Source: a virus (lineage: Duplodnaviria; Caudoviricetes). Taken from it: a stretch of DNA of 25,136 nucleotides. Under the pieces are notes generated by a model. It saw nothing but the letters and a program-made list of their open reading frames with translations. It did no database searches and was not told the DNA's origin. Location: positions 1-25,136 of IMG/VR virus record IMGVR_UViG_3300037843_000168. One strand, written 5' to 3'. This document shows positions 17,732 to 25,136 of this stretch, piece after piece (positions within the stretch are counted from its first letter, which is position 1; each line of letters starts with the position of its first letter). The position numbers and the translations under genes were made by a program.

Positions 17732-18303
17732 GTATCAAAAATCTGTCCTACTTCCGGAATTTGCCGGCCGGAGCAACCATTCAAGAAATGGGGGCGCGTC
17801 TTTATGAGGCCATTGCGGACATCGATCAGCAAATCGGGAACGTCGCACAGCAGACGAACTCAAGCCGCGCCTCCCAACCTTCCGCGCCCCCAAAAATATC
17901 GGCACTCAATGTCACGGCGGCGGACGGAATCTTCGACGCCAAAATTACGGATACATCGGCGTCCTATCGCGGCATTGAATATTTTCTTGAGCATTCGCCG
18001 ACGCCGCATTTTTCTGCGCCGACCGTAATACACCTCGGGACGACGCGGAACTGGCGTGGGGCGTTGGGAAACCAGTCGCTTTATTGGAGGGCGTACAGCG
18101 GCTACTCTACATCGCCAGCATCGGCACCGGTCTACCATGGTGGGGCACAGCCTAAGGTCGTGGTCGGCGGCGGTCAGTCATCTGGGCCTCCAATGCAGGC
18201 GTCGTCGGGGAGTGGGACGGCCACCACGCGCGGCAATCAGGGCGGATCTGGATATGGCAAGACACCGTTCGGAAATGGGGTTGTGACGGCTCCTGTGCGA
18301 TGA
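17728..18303 (+). CDS. Virion protein at the tail-needle position (helix plus FN3-like domain)
   Basis: Start moved to ATG 17728 (ATGA overlap). N-terminal helix LYEAIADIDQQIGNV, then a PSAPP...Y.LE.S..P.F...YWRA beta-sandwich pattern and a Gly/Ser tail. Confidence 0.55.
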   Translation: MSIKNLSYFRNLPAGATIQEMGARLYEAIADIDQQIGNVAQQTNSSRASQPSAPPKISALNVTAADGIFDAKITDTSASYRGIEYFLEHSPTPHFSAPTVIHLGTTRNWRGALGNQSLYWRAYSGYSTSPASAPVYHGGAQPKVVVGGGQSSGPPMQASSGSGTATTRGNQGGSGYGKTPFGNGVVTAPVR

Positions 18304-18683
18304 AGACCCGCCCGATGATTGCGGCCGACATGCCAATCTTGAAGGCCATGGCTACATCGAGTGGGTTCCCCTACCCAGACCTCTCCGATCCCCTTATTGA
18401 AGCTGTATACGTGGCTTTGGACGATGCTGGCAGGCCGATTGCCGCAGTTGCCGCAAAACGCATACTGGAACTTTATCTGATCGGGAATTCCGAGATGCAC
18501 CCAGCCTCTAAACTCCATGTCATCAGGATTTTACACGACTCAATGAGAGTCGTTTTGCGAAAATCTGGATATAGCGAGGTAAACGCGTTCCTACCTCCGG
18601 CCATCGCTTCCAGTTTCGGCCATCGCCTGGAGCGCACCTTCGGATGGCGCCCAAATTGGCCTTCCTGGATGAAATCTCTGTAA
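18300..18683 (+). CDS. GNAT-fold-like virion assembly protein (P22 gp14 / T7 gp13 position)
   Basis: 127 aa. RPM..AD...L start, V..DD.G..IA strand, RLERTFGW end. Lies directly before the ejection genes. Confidence 0.55.
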   Translation: MKTRPMIAADMPILKAMATSSGFPYPDLSDPLIEAVYVALDDAGRPIAAVAAKRILELYLIGNSEMHPASKLHVIRILHDSMRVVLRKSGYSEVNAFLPPAIASSFGHRLERTFGWRPNWPSWMKSL

Positions 18684-18715
18684 GAGGATGTACAATAAGG
18701 GCGAGAGGTGCCAGC

Positions 18716-19261
18716 GTGGCGCGAAACTCGGCGGCGGCTCAGACGGCAGAAAATAGCGCAAACAATATCTCATCCACGGCGGCAAACAATGCTGGAGCGC
18801 TGTTTAGCACGCTTGCCCCTGAATTGGAAAGCGAAATAGCCAACCCGACCGGCATCGCCCCTGCGGATCTCGCCAAAATTACCACGGCAAACATGCAAGG
18901 GGCCGGAGGAACACAGGCCGGCGCGGTGGGGCAAGGGGCGCTGATGGCCGCGCGAACCCGGAATGCAGGCGCGCCGATGGCTGCTATCGCCAAATCGGCG
19001 CGCTCAGCAGGGAAACAGCTTTCCGAAGCAGATCTCCAGGCGCAGTTGGAGAATACCCAAATGAAAGGAGCAAATCAACGGTCTGCGACTGCGGGTCTAG
19101 AGGGCTTGTACGGAGAGAATATGGGGACTTCGGTCAATTCTCTTGGGGAGGTGGCGAACAATGTGAACGCAAACACTAATCAGCAGAATGAGAGTTGGGA
19201 TTGGGCCAAGTATCTTCTCGACCCGGCCATGAGCGCAGCTACTAAGGCGATAGGAGTGTAG
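18716..19261 (+). CDS. Putative ejection (internal virion) protein 1
   Basis: Start moved to GTG 18716 (SD GAGGTG). 181 aa, Ala/Asn/Gln/Gly-rich and helical. P22 gp7 position. Confidence 0.6.
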   Translation: MARNSAAAQTAENSANNISSTAANNAGALFSTLAPELESEIANPTGIAPADLAKITTANMQGAGGTQAGAVGQGALMAARTRNAGAPMAAIAKSARSAGKQLSEADLQAQLENTQMKGANQRSATAGLEGLYGENMGTSVNSLGEVANNVNANTNQQNESWDWAKYLLDPAMSAATKAIGV

Positions 19262-19262
19262 C

Positions 19263-20966
19263 ATGAGCACGTTCACGAGCCCACTGCCTATTCTGGACGA
19301 AATCGACCGTGCCCACGCGCAACTGAGCCCAGAAGCGCAGAAGGCCATCCAACTCTCCGGCATCGTGCCGAAAGCGGCGGCGAACTTGCAAGCACAGACG
19401 CCATTACCAACAGGTCCGGCCGCTCCGGTTCCCCTGACAGCACCGCGCAGTACTCCGGTCGCAGGAATCCCAATCCCTACGCCACCGACTCCATCATCAG
19501 GCAGAATTATTCCGATCCCATTACGTCCCGTTGGCACCGCGCCCGTATCCGCTACGCCGATTCCGATCCAGTCTCCGGCCCTTCAGGGCAGCCGCAATGA
19601 GGTTGCCCGCCTCACTGTGCCCACCGTTGATCCTGCCACGGGACAACCATTCACAAATCGCTCACAACGTCAGGATCTCGCCGGAATCGACAAGTTGCCG
19701 AACGCGGCGCGCATCCCGCTCAAGGTGCTGAGCGGCATCGGCAGCACATTTCTGCCTGGCATTACCGCCAATATTCCCGGGACCGAATTACACCATCAGA
19801 TGGTTGTGAACCGTGCCGAGAATGCTGAGAAACAGCAGGAGACCCAACTGAGCGACGATCAACGGCGCGCATTGGAAGCAGCTCAGGCTTCGGAAGCTGA
19901 ATCGGCGATTCCGCTCAAGGGGGCACAGGCCAGTGAGGCAGAGGCACGAGCCGAAGAGTTGAGGAATCCGAAACCGAAAGATGCATTCTCGCTGTGGGTC
20001 GCGCATAATCCGAATGGAACTCCCGAAGAATGGGCGCAATTCCAAGAATCGCATCGGCCCACGAGTACCGAATTTGAGGCGTGGGCAAAACAGAATCCAG
20101 GAAAGACAGTTGCAGATTGGCTGAAATTGAAGGAAGAGACGACTTCCGAAGGGAAAGCCCTGAATCCATTTCAGGAGTGGCGCAAAGCCAATCCCAAAGC
20201 GCCGGTGGATGACTGGCTCAAGTTGGAGGAATCTGTCAAACCTGGGGCGCGCGGCGAATACGAAGATTTCAAGGCGGCGTACAAAAAGAACCATCCCGTC
20301 GCCGACGACGAATCTGTCGTTAAGGCATACGCCGCAGAGCACAAACCGCCTCCGAATCCGCAGCAGCCGCCTCAGGCCCTTATCGTAAATCCGACGACTC
20401 ATCAGTTCGAAGTCGCGCGGCCCGGATCCGCCGTTCCTGAAGGATTCATGACGGAGACGGGAGCAGCTAACGCCAATGCCCCAACCACCCAGATGCGCAA
20501 TGTGTCGGCTCAAGCCAGTCTAGTACATGAGCAAACTCCCGCCATGCTTTCGGAAATTGACCGGCTGAAAGACAAACTCGGACCCATGGCAGGAAGATGG
20601 AACGATTTTATGCAGGGCAAGGTAGGCACGGCGGATCCAGATTTTGCGGGGCTCAGGGCAGATCTGCTGATGTACTCTTCGGCAGTGGCTTTGATGCATG
20701 CGCGCGGTAGATTACCGGAAAATCTTCGTGAGGAATTCGACCGCGCGATCAATAATCCAAAACAAGACTTTTCTAACTTGAAGGCAACGATTTCTCGCAT
20801 CGACGATTGGACTTCGAAAAACATGGAGGCGATGAGCGGAAAGAAATCGACTGCCGCTGCGACACACAATGCTCCGCAGGCCCAAGGTGGCTACATTATC
20901 GGGCAAAAGTACCAAGGACAAGAGTATCTGGGTGGTGATCCTAAGGTTCAAGGGAGTTGGAAGTAA
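19263..20966 (+). CDS. Putative ejection protein 2 with Pro-rich N-terminus and internal repeats
   Basis: 567 aa. Pro-rich region, coiled coil, ~30-aa Trp repeats, helical C-domain, C-terminal Y.G..YLGGDP....SW motif. Confidence 0.62.
   Translation: MSTFTSPLPILDEIDRAHAQLSPEAQKAIQLSGIVPKAAANLQAQTPLPTGPAAPVPLTAPRSTPVAGIPIPTPPTPSSGRIIPIPLRPVGTAPVSATPIPIQSPALQGSRNEVARLTVPTVDPATGQPFTNRSQRQDLAGIDKLPNAARIPLKVLSGIGSTFLPGITANIPGTELHHQMVVNRAENAEKQQETQLSDDQRRALEAAQASEAESAIPLKGAQASEAEARAEELRNPKPKDAFSLWVAHNPNGTPEEWAQFQESHRPTSTEFEAWAKQNPGKTVADWLKLKEETTSEGKALNPFQEWRKANPKAPVDDWLKLEESVKPGARGEYEDFKAAYKKNHPVADDESVVKAYAAEHKPPPNPQQPPQALIVNPTTHQFEVARPGSAVPEGFMTETGAANANAPTTQMRNVSAQASLVHEQTPAMLSEIDRLKDKLGPMAGRWNDFMQGKVGTADPDFAGLRADLLMYSSAVALMHARGRLPENLREEFDRAINNPKQDFSNLKATISRIDDWTSKNMEAMSGKKSTAAATHNAPQAQGGYIIGQKYQGQEYLGGDPKVQGSWK
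19975..20340 (+). repeat. Three to four tandem ~30-aa repeats F..W...NP......W
   Basis: AFSLWVAHNPNGTPEEWAQF / EFEAWAKQNPGKTVADWLKL / PFQEWRKANPKAPVDDWLKL, plus degenerate DFKAAYKKNHPVADDESV. Confidence 0.8.
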
Positions 20967-22435
20967 TGGCTGACAAAAAATTCGTCCCTCCTCCTCCGAT
21001 ACCCGACAACGAGCCGGCGTTCGTACCCCCGCCTCCAATTCCGGACGTAGAGGCCGCTAAGCCGATCACAATCGGAAACCAATGGAAGGCCGTATCCCCT
21101 GGTCAACTGAGCGCCTATGACAAGGCTGGTCCATTGCCCACTCCAGACCTTGGAGAGAAACTCTTAAATCCGGTAGTGGGGCCGATGGTTGGCGGCATGA
21201 CTGCTTTAGGCCGCGGATTGATCGCGCCGTCCTCGGAAGAACCTCTTGCCCGCAGGGCATCCGATCTGATCGAGGGCGCTGGTACCGTAATGCTTCCGCT
21301 GGCACTCCCAGGCATGCTCGGAAATCCATTGGCTGCGGGATTGGCGTCGCTGATCGGTCTTGGGGCGCAGCGAGGTGGTCAAGCGATAGCGAATGCGGCC
21401 GGAGCATCCCCGGACACGTCGCGGCTGATCGGCGATGTTTCTGGAGCCATCTCTGGTCCACTGGCGGCACGCGGAGCGGGAATCATGCTTGGCAAACCTG
21501 CCCCGATGTTGGCCAAAAGTGCCTTCGGCATCAAAGGCGGTACGGAGGCCTACGGGGCTACTCCTGGCGAAGCCATCCTGAACGAAACCACCGGAATTCG
21601 ACCGGCCACGGTGGAGGCATCTGCTCGGGGACGAATTGCAGATCTGGGAAAGCAGTTGGAGAACAAAGCCGCTACCACGCCCGCCCCTCTGAGCCTTGCT
21701 CCAGCGAGAACGGTCTTGGCGAATCTCTCGAATCGTGCAGCGGCGGCAAATAGCGTGGCCACGCCAGCCGAATTAGCACCCATGCAGCGACAACTGATGG
21801 AGCCGGGTCCACAATTTGCCGGTGCCACTCAATACCCACCTGGAGCCTACACTCCGATCACGGTCAAGGGCATGCAATCCACGGTCCTTGGACCGAATGG
21901 GCAGCCGATTGTTTCTCCGCAGATAGTTCGCGGCGCGGCACCATCTCCGGTCGTTTCCGAGTCCCAGCCAGCTTCACAGTTTCTCAATATGAAGCGGCAG
22001 TTCGATAAGGATTTCATCAGCAATTGGAATCCAGCAGCGAATACCAAAGGCTCACTTGGGGCTGCGCGTCAAGCTTATGGCGCAATGGCCGATGAATTTA
22101 ACCGCGGAGTCCCCGGAGCAGAGGAACTCAACCAGCGAATTTCGAGTCTGATCCCTGTAGCCGACCGTGCCCGTCTCACCGGACTGAATGCTGGGACCGG
22201 AGAGCGCATGTTGGCCCGCGCTGGACGGCCAACCGGAGGCATGTTCCCAATATTGTTCGGATACCACGAAGGGGGAATCCCAGGAGCTTTGGCAGCTATC
22301 GGCGGGACTGAGGGACTACAATCTCCAGAAGTCAAAATGCTGCTGGCTAGGGGCCTCTTTAGCGGTGGCCGCGGTTTGGAGAATAGCGCTCCCTCTGCTG
22401 CGCTTGTACCGCTGGCTGTCAGGAACTCTCAGTGA
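20966..22435 (+). CDS. Putative ejection protein 3 (membrane-interacting Gly/Ala helices)
   Basis: Start moved to ATG 20966 (TAATG overlap, SD GGGAG). FVPPPPIPD occurs twice. Hydrophobic GxxxG-type segments and L..KRQ.D...W, typical of podovirus DNA-transfer proteins. Confidence 0.62.
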   Translation: MADKKFVPPPPIPDNEPAFVPPPPIPDVEAAKPITIGNQWKAVSPGQLSAYDKAGPLPTPDLGEKLLNPVVGPMVGGMTALGRGLIAPSSEEPLARRASDLIEGAGTVMLPLALPGMLGNPLAAGLASLIGLGAQRGGQAIANAAGASPDTSRLIGDVSGAISGPLAARGAGIMLGKPAPMLAKSAFGIKGGTEAYGATPGEAILNETTGIRPATVEASARGRIADLGKQLENKAATTPAPLSLAPARTVLANLSNRAAAANSVATPAELAPMQRQLMEPGPQFAGATQYPPGAYTPITVKGMQSTVLGPNGQPIVSPQIVRGAAPSPVVSESQPASQFLNMKRQFDKDFISNWNPAANTKGSLGAARQAYGAMADEFNRGVPGAEELNQRISSLIPVADRARLTGLNAGTGERMLARAGRPTGGMFPILFGYHEGGIPGALAAIGGTEGLQSPEVKMLLARGLFSGGRGLENSAPSAALVPLAVRNSQ

Positions 22436-22569
22436 AGGCTCGCAATGACGACAAGACCAAACATCACGACGAACTTGAAGGTTGATCGCGGCCAGTCACG
22501 CTCATGGTACACCTCGGCAGCCGAGACTATCAATGACAGCCCGAACAGTAGCAGGGAGATGAACAGCAC
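22429..22569 (-). CDS. Small two-TM membrane protein, 46 aa; not in the ORF track
   Basis: Manual translation: MLFISLLLFGLSLIVSAAEVYHERDWPRSTFKFVVMFGLVVIASLH*. GTG start lies 5 nt after TGG-TACGAT (extended -10). Confidence 0.55.
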   Translation of the reverse strand: MLFISLLLFGLSLIVSAAEVYHERDWPRSTFKFVVMFGLVVIASLH

Positions 22570-25136
22570 GATTTATCGTACCATCGTTGTTGCTGCGCTG
22601 GCATGCATATCGTTGAGCGGCCAAATCTTCCGGGTGGATCCGGCCCCCGTGATGACAACTGCTGGCAATGTTAATTCTGGCGGCTACCCGGCCCTCTATG
22701 CCGTAAATGGCGCATCGGTGAAACTCTGCGGCGATGCAGCATGCGCCACGGCCGCTACCGCTTACGCAAACGCGACCAACACCCAGTGCCCGATAAATGC
22801 ACCCGTCACGCTTCCAGGGACTTCCATCTGCAGTTCTACGACCGGCCCACAGGGGCAGTTCGGATTCTGGTTGGCAACTGGGACATATTGGTACCAGATC
22901 GGGCTTCCAAACGGGACCAAACTTGGTCCGTACCCGGTAACTCCCAATCTTCAGATCGCTGGAGTGTCAGAGGTCCTCGCTGGAGCTGGAATCCAGGTGT
23001 CGAACCCGACCGGAATTCTTACTGTCACAAATATAGGCGTAACCAGCTTTAATGGAAGGACCGGATCAGTTACTTTGCAGCAGAGCGACTGGCCCGCTGG
23101 TGGGGCTACTGGCGACGTTCAGATAAACGTCGCTGGCGCGTTCACTGGATCATCCGCCGTAACTTGGTCTGGCGGCGTATTCACAGTTGCGGGGCAGATG
23201 GTGACGGCTGCCAACAACTACGCTGGATTCACCAGCGTGACCGATGGGGCCCTCTTGGCTGGTTTTACGACAGTGCAGAACGGCGCAGGAACGGCTGGTG
23301 GCTATTTCCACCTCGCGCCGATCACCTATAACCCCTACGACGGTAGTCCTTGTACCGATGTATATGGAAACCCCGTGAATCAGCCGGTGATGCTCCCTGG
23401 TGATACTGTTGGTTCAAACGATGCATTCATGTGGGTGAGCCTGTCGCCAACGATGCCCGGCAGCGGAAGTTGCGGAGCTGCTCTGCCGGTGAACGAAACA
23501 TACGGCCTGAATCTGAACATGTACTTTCTGGCGCGGGGTGGACTCGCCACTGATAACCCCGCATGGAACGCTATTCAGGTTCTTCCTCTTTACGGAACCG
23601 GCGCGAACGCTATCGGCGGTGGTGGTGTGGCCGCTTCGTCGCTCGTTGCCTACAATTACGTCTACCCTGGGGGATACACCACGGCTCTTGCTGCCGGCCC
23701 TCCGCTGACTCACGGAGATTCTTTCCACCCGGGCGAGTTGTCTTATAGCTCGGCCGCCGGATGCCTCGCTATCTACAACGGCTCCGGGTGGGTGTGCTTC
23801 AGCGGAGGGGGAGCTGGAGGAGCGGCTGGACCGCTTTACGCAGTGCAGAGCAGCAATCCAGCAGGGACGCTATACGGCGACAGCGGGCTCCTTTACAACC
23901 CAGGAGTGGCTCTGACCATCACCGGAGGGAACATGGTTGCTTCCGGGACATCGGTTGGATTTGATGCTACCACGTGCAATTTGACAACCTGCATTCAGGC
24001 GCCAAGCGGCGGCGTAAGTGGGAAATGGCTGATTGCCACCGACTCGGTATTCTGGATTGCCGAGAGTGCTCCGCCACTTTCAGGTTCTGGACAGGCAAAA
24101 ATCTATTTCGACTCGACCGCAAATTCGCTGAAGGTTTCACAGAACGGTGGAGCATTTGTGAATCTTGTAGGTGGCGGCAGCGGGACTCCCGGAGGCTCCA
24201 GCAACAGCATCCAGACTAACGAATCCGGGGCGTTCTACGGCGACAGCGTGTTCGTCTACAACCCGGCTACACCGGTCGTAGAACTGACCGGTGGATCGTT
24301 TGAGACGGTCGGTGCCAGCGCCGGTTTCAATGCTTCCACCTGCACAGCGGCAAACTGTATTCAAGCTCCCAGCGGCGGCGTATATGGGAAATGGTCCACG
24401 GTTTCAGATTCGACATTCTGGCTTGAGGAGTCGGCACCAGCGGCTCCTTCTTCCGGCCAAGCGAAAATCTATGCCGACTCCACGCTTCACCAACTTCTGG
24501 TGAGCGAGGCAGGATACGGGTCTTCTTTCGTCCCTGTTGCCACGACTTCTGGAACGCTCACTAATGGCGACTGCGTCTCCATCAACGCAACCGGTAACCT
24601 GATTGATGCCGGCGGGGCGTGTAGCACAGGCGGCGGCGGTGGGACCGTATCCTCGTCTACTGTCGGCACAGTCGCCTACTATACCGGCGCGACGACCGTA
24701 GCAGGCAGCACGGCATTCGAGTTCAACGCTTCGACCGTCGCACTGACACTGACTGGTACCAATGCGGTATTTGTGGCCGCAGGCACCAACGGTGGCTTCG
24801 ACGCGACAACTAGCACCTCCTACCAGGCGTTCCAGGCACCTAGCGGAGGCGCTCTTTTTGGCCTCGGGGTAACGGTCGGACAAGCACTATATCCTAAACA
24901 GGCGTCTTCGTGTTCGTCCTTAAACACACCTGGTTCCGGATATGGTGGCTGGGGGTTCGCTAGCGGTTCAACGTACTGCTACTATGATGTCACTGGTTCG
25001 GCCTGGAAGCCAATCAATCTGGCGACAGCTGGAAGCGGGGGCTATTGGTCCACGAGCGGATCCGACATTTATAATTCCACTGGAACGAATGTTTTGGTTG
25101 GCACCAGCACGGACGATTCCAGCGGTGCCGTTTTGC
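22559..25136 (+). CDS. Tail fibre/spike, 3' truncated, with signal-peptide-like N-terminus; not in the ORF track
   Basis: Read by hand as open to the window end (859 codons): MNSTIYRTIVVAALACISLSG|QIFR..., particle-attachment-like domain (GQFGFWLATGTYWYQI), fibre motif VTSFNGRTGSVTL, G.L.Y......IYNGSGW, poly-Gly hinges. An alternative in-frame ATG exists at 22445. Confidence 0.82.
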   Translation, partial: MNSTIYRTIVVAALACISLSGQIFRVDPAPVMTTAGNVNSGGYPALYAVNGASVKLCGDAACATAATAYANATNTQCPINAPVTLPGTSICSSTTGPQGQFGFWLATGTYWYQIGLPNGTKLGPYPVTPNLQIAGVSEVLAGAGIQVSNPTGILTVTNIGVTSFNGRTGSVTLQQSDWPAGGATGDVQINVAGAFTGSSAVTWSGGVFTVAGQMVTAANNYAGFTSVTDGALLAGFTTVQNGAGTAGGYFHLAPITYNPYDGSPCTDVYGNPVNQPVMLPGDTVGSNDAFMWVSLSPTMPGSGSCGAALPVNETYGLNLNMYFLARGGLATDNPAWNAIQVLPLYGTGANAIGGGGVAASSLVAYNYVYPGGYTTALAAGPPLTHGDSFHPGELSYSSAAGCLAIYNGSGWVCFSGGGAGGAAGPLYAVQSSNPAGTLYGDSGLLYNPGVALTITGGNMVASGTSVGFDATTCNLTTCIQAPSGGVSGKWLIATDSVFWIAESAPPLSGSGQAKIYFDSTANSLKVSQNGGAFVNLVGGGSGTPGGSSNSIQTNESGAFYGDSVFVYNPATPVVELTGGSFETVGASAGFNASTCTAANCIQAPSGGVYGKWSTVSDSTFWLEESAPAAPSSGQAKIYADSTLHQLLVSEAGYGSSFVPVATTSGTLTNGDCVSINATGNLIDAGGACSTGGGGGTVSSSTVGTVAYYTGATTVAGSTAFEFNASTVALTLTGTNAVFVAAGTNGGFDATTSTSYQAFQAPSGGALFGLGVTVGQALYPKQASSCSSLNTPGSGYGGWGFASGSTYCYYDVTGSAWKPINLATAGSGGYWSTSGSDIYNSTGTNVLVGTSTDDSSGAVL
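23805..24860 (+). repeat. Three diverged ~120-aa modules in the tail fibre
   Basis: GFDATTCNLTTCIQAPSGGVSGKW...GQAKIYFDST / GFNASTCTAANCIQAPSGGVYGKW...GQAKIYADST / GFDATTSTSYQAFQAPSGG, each preceded by a Gly hinge. Confidence 0.85.

Larger units (their letters stand above)
1..25136 (+). mobile_element. Tailed phage/prophage packaging, head and short-tail module (podovirus, P22-like gene order)
   Basis: Co-oriented, tightly coupled ORFs (many ATGA/TAATG overlaps) in the order terminase-portal-scaffold-capsid-adaptors-nozzle-ejection-fibre. No tape measure or sheath gene. No att site or integrase in the window, so free phage versus prophage is unresolved. Confidence 0.92.

Noticed and set aside
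22590-22610. Possible lipobox (AALA-C) in the fibre leader
   Set aside because: Ala at -3 and Leu at -2 do not fit [LVI][ASTVI][GAS]C. SPase I cleavage at LSG|Q fits better, though this needs SignalP.
1-25136. CRISPR array, tRNA, DGR template/variable repeat, integrase, lysis or defence genes, stop-codon recoding
   Set aside because: None seen. Fibre repeats are diverged at all bases rather than adenine-specific, no reverse transcriptase is present, and TAA, TAG and TGA all end genes normally.

Overview
The window is the virion morphogenesis module of a podovirus-type tailed phage or prophage, with almost all genes on the + strand. Order: terminase large subunit (5' truncated), a cluster of small genes, portal, scaffold, major capsid, two unknowns, three paralogous adaptor/ring-like genes, a decoration-like gene, a large tail nozzle, a needle-position gene, a GNAT-like gene, three ejection-protein-like genes and a 3'-truncated tail fibre that the ORF track misses. 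This follows the P22-like order, and there is no tape measure, lysis, integrase or replication gene. Product calls rest on synteny and motif recognition only; no searches were run. The most unusual signals are: (1) two spike/fibre-like proteins (1928-3508 and 22559->25136) that start with Sec-type signal peptides and carry paired cysteines, suggesting periplasmic folding of virion appendages; (2) a tandem triplication of the head-tail adaptor; (3) Russian-doll nested domains inside the nozzle; (4) a structured RNA-like leader before the capsid gene; (5) an unannotated antisense two-TM micro-protein with its own promoter. The host cannot be determined from the sequence. A diderm is implied if the signal peptides are real, and their style is reminiscent of Acidobacteria (weak inference).
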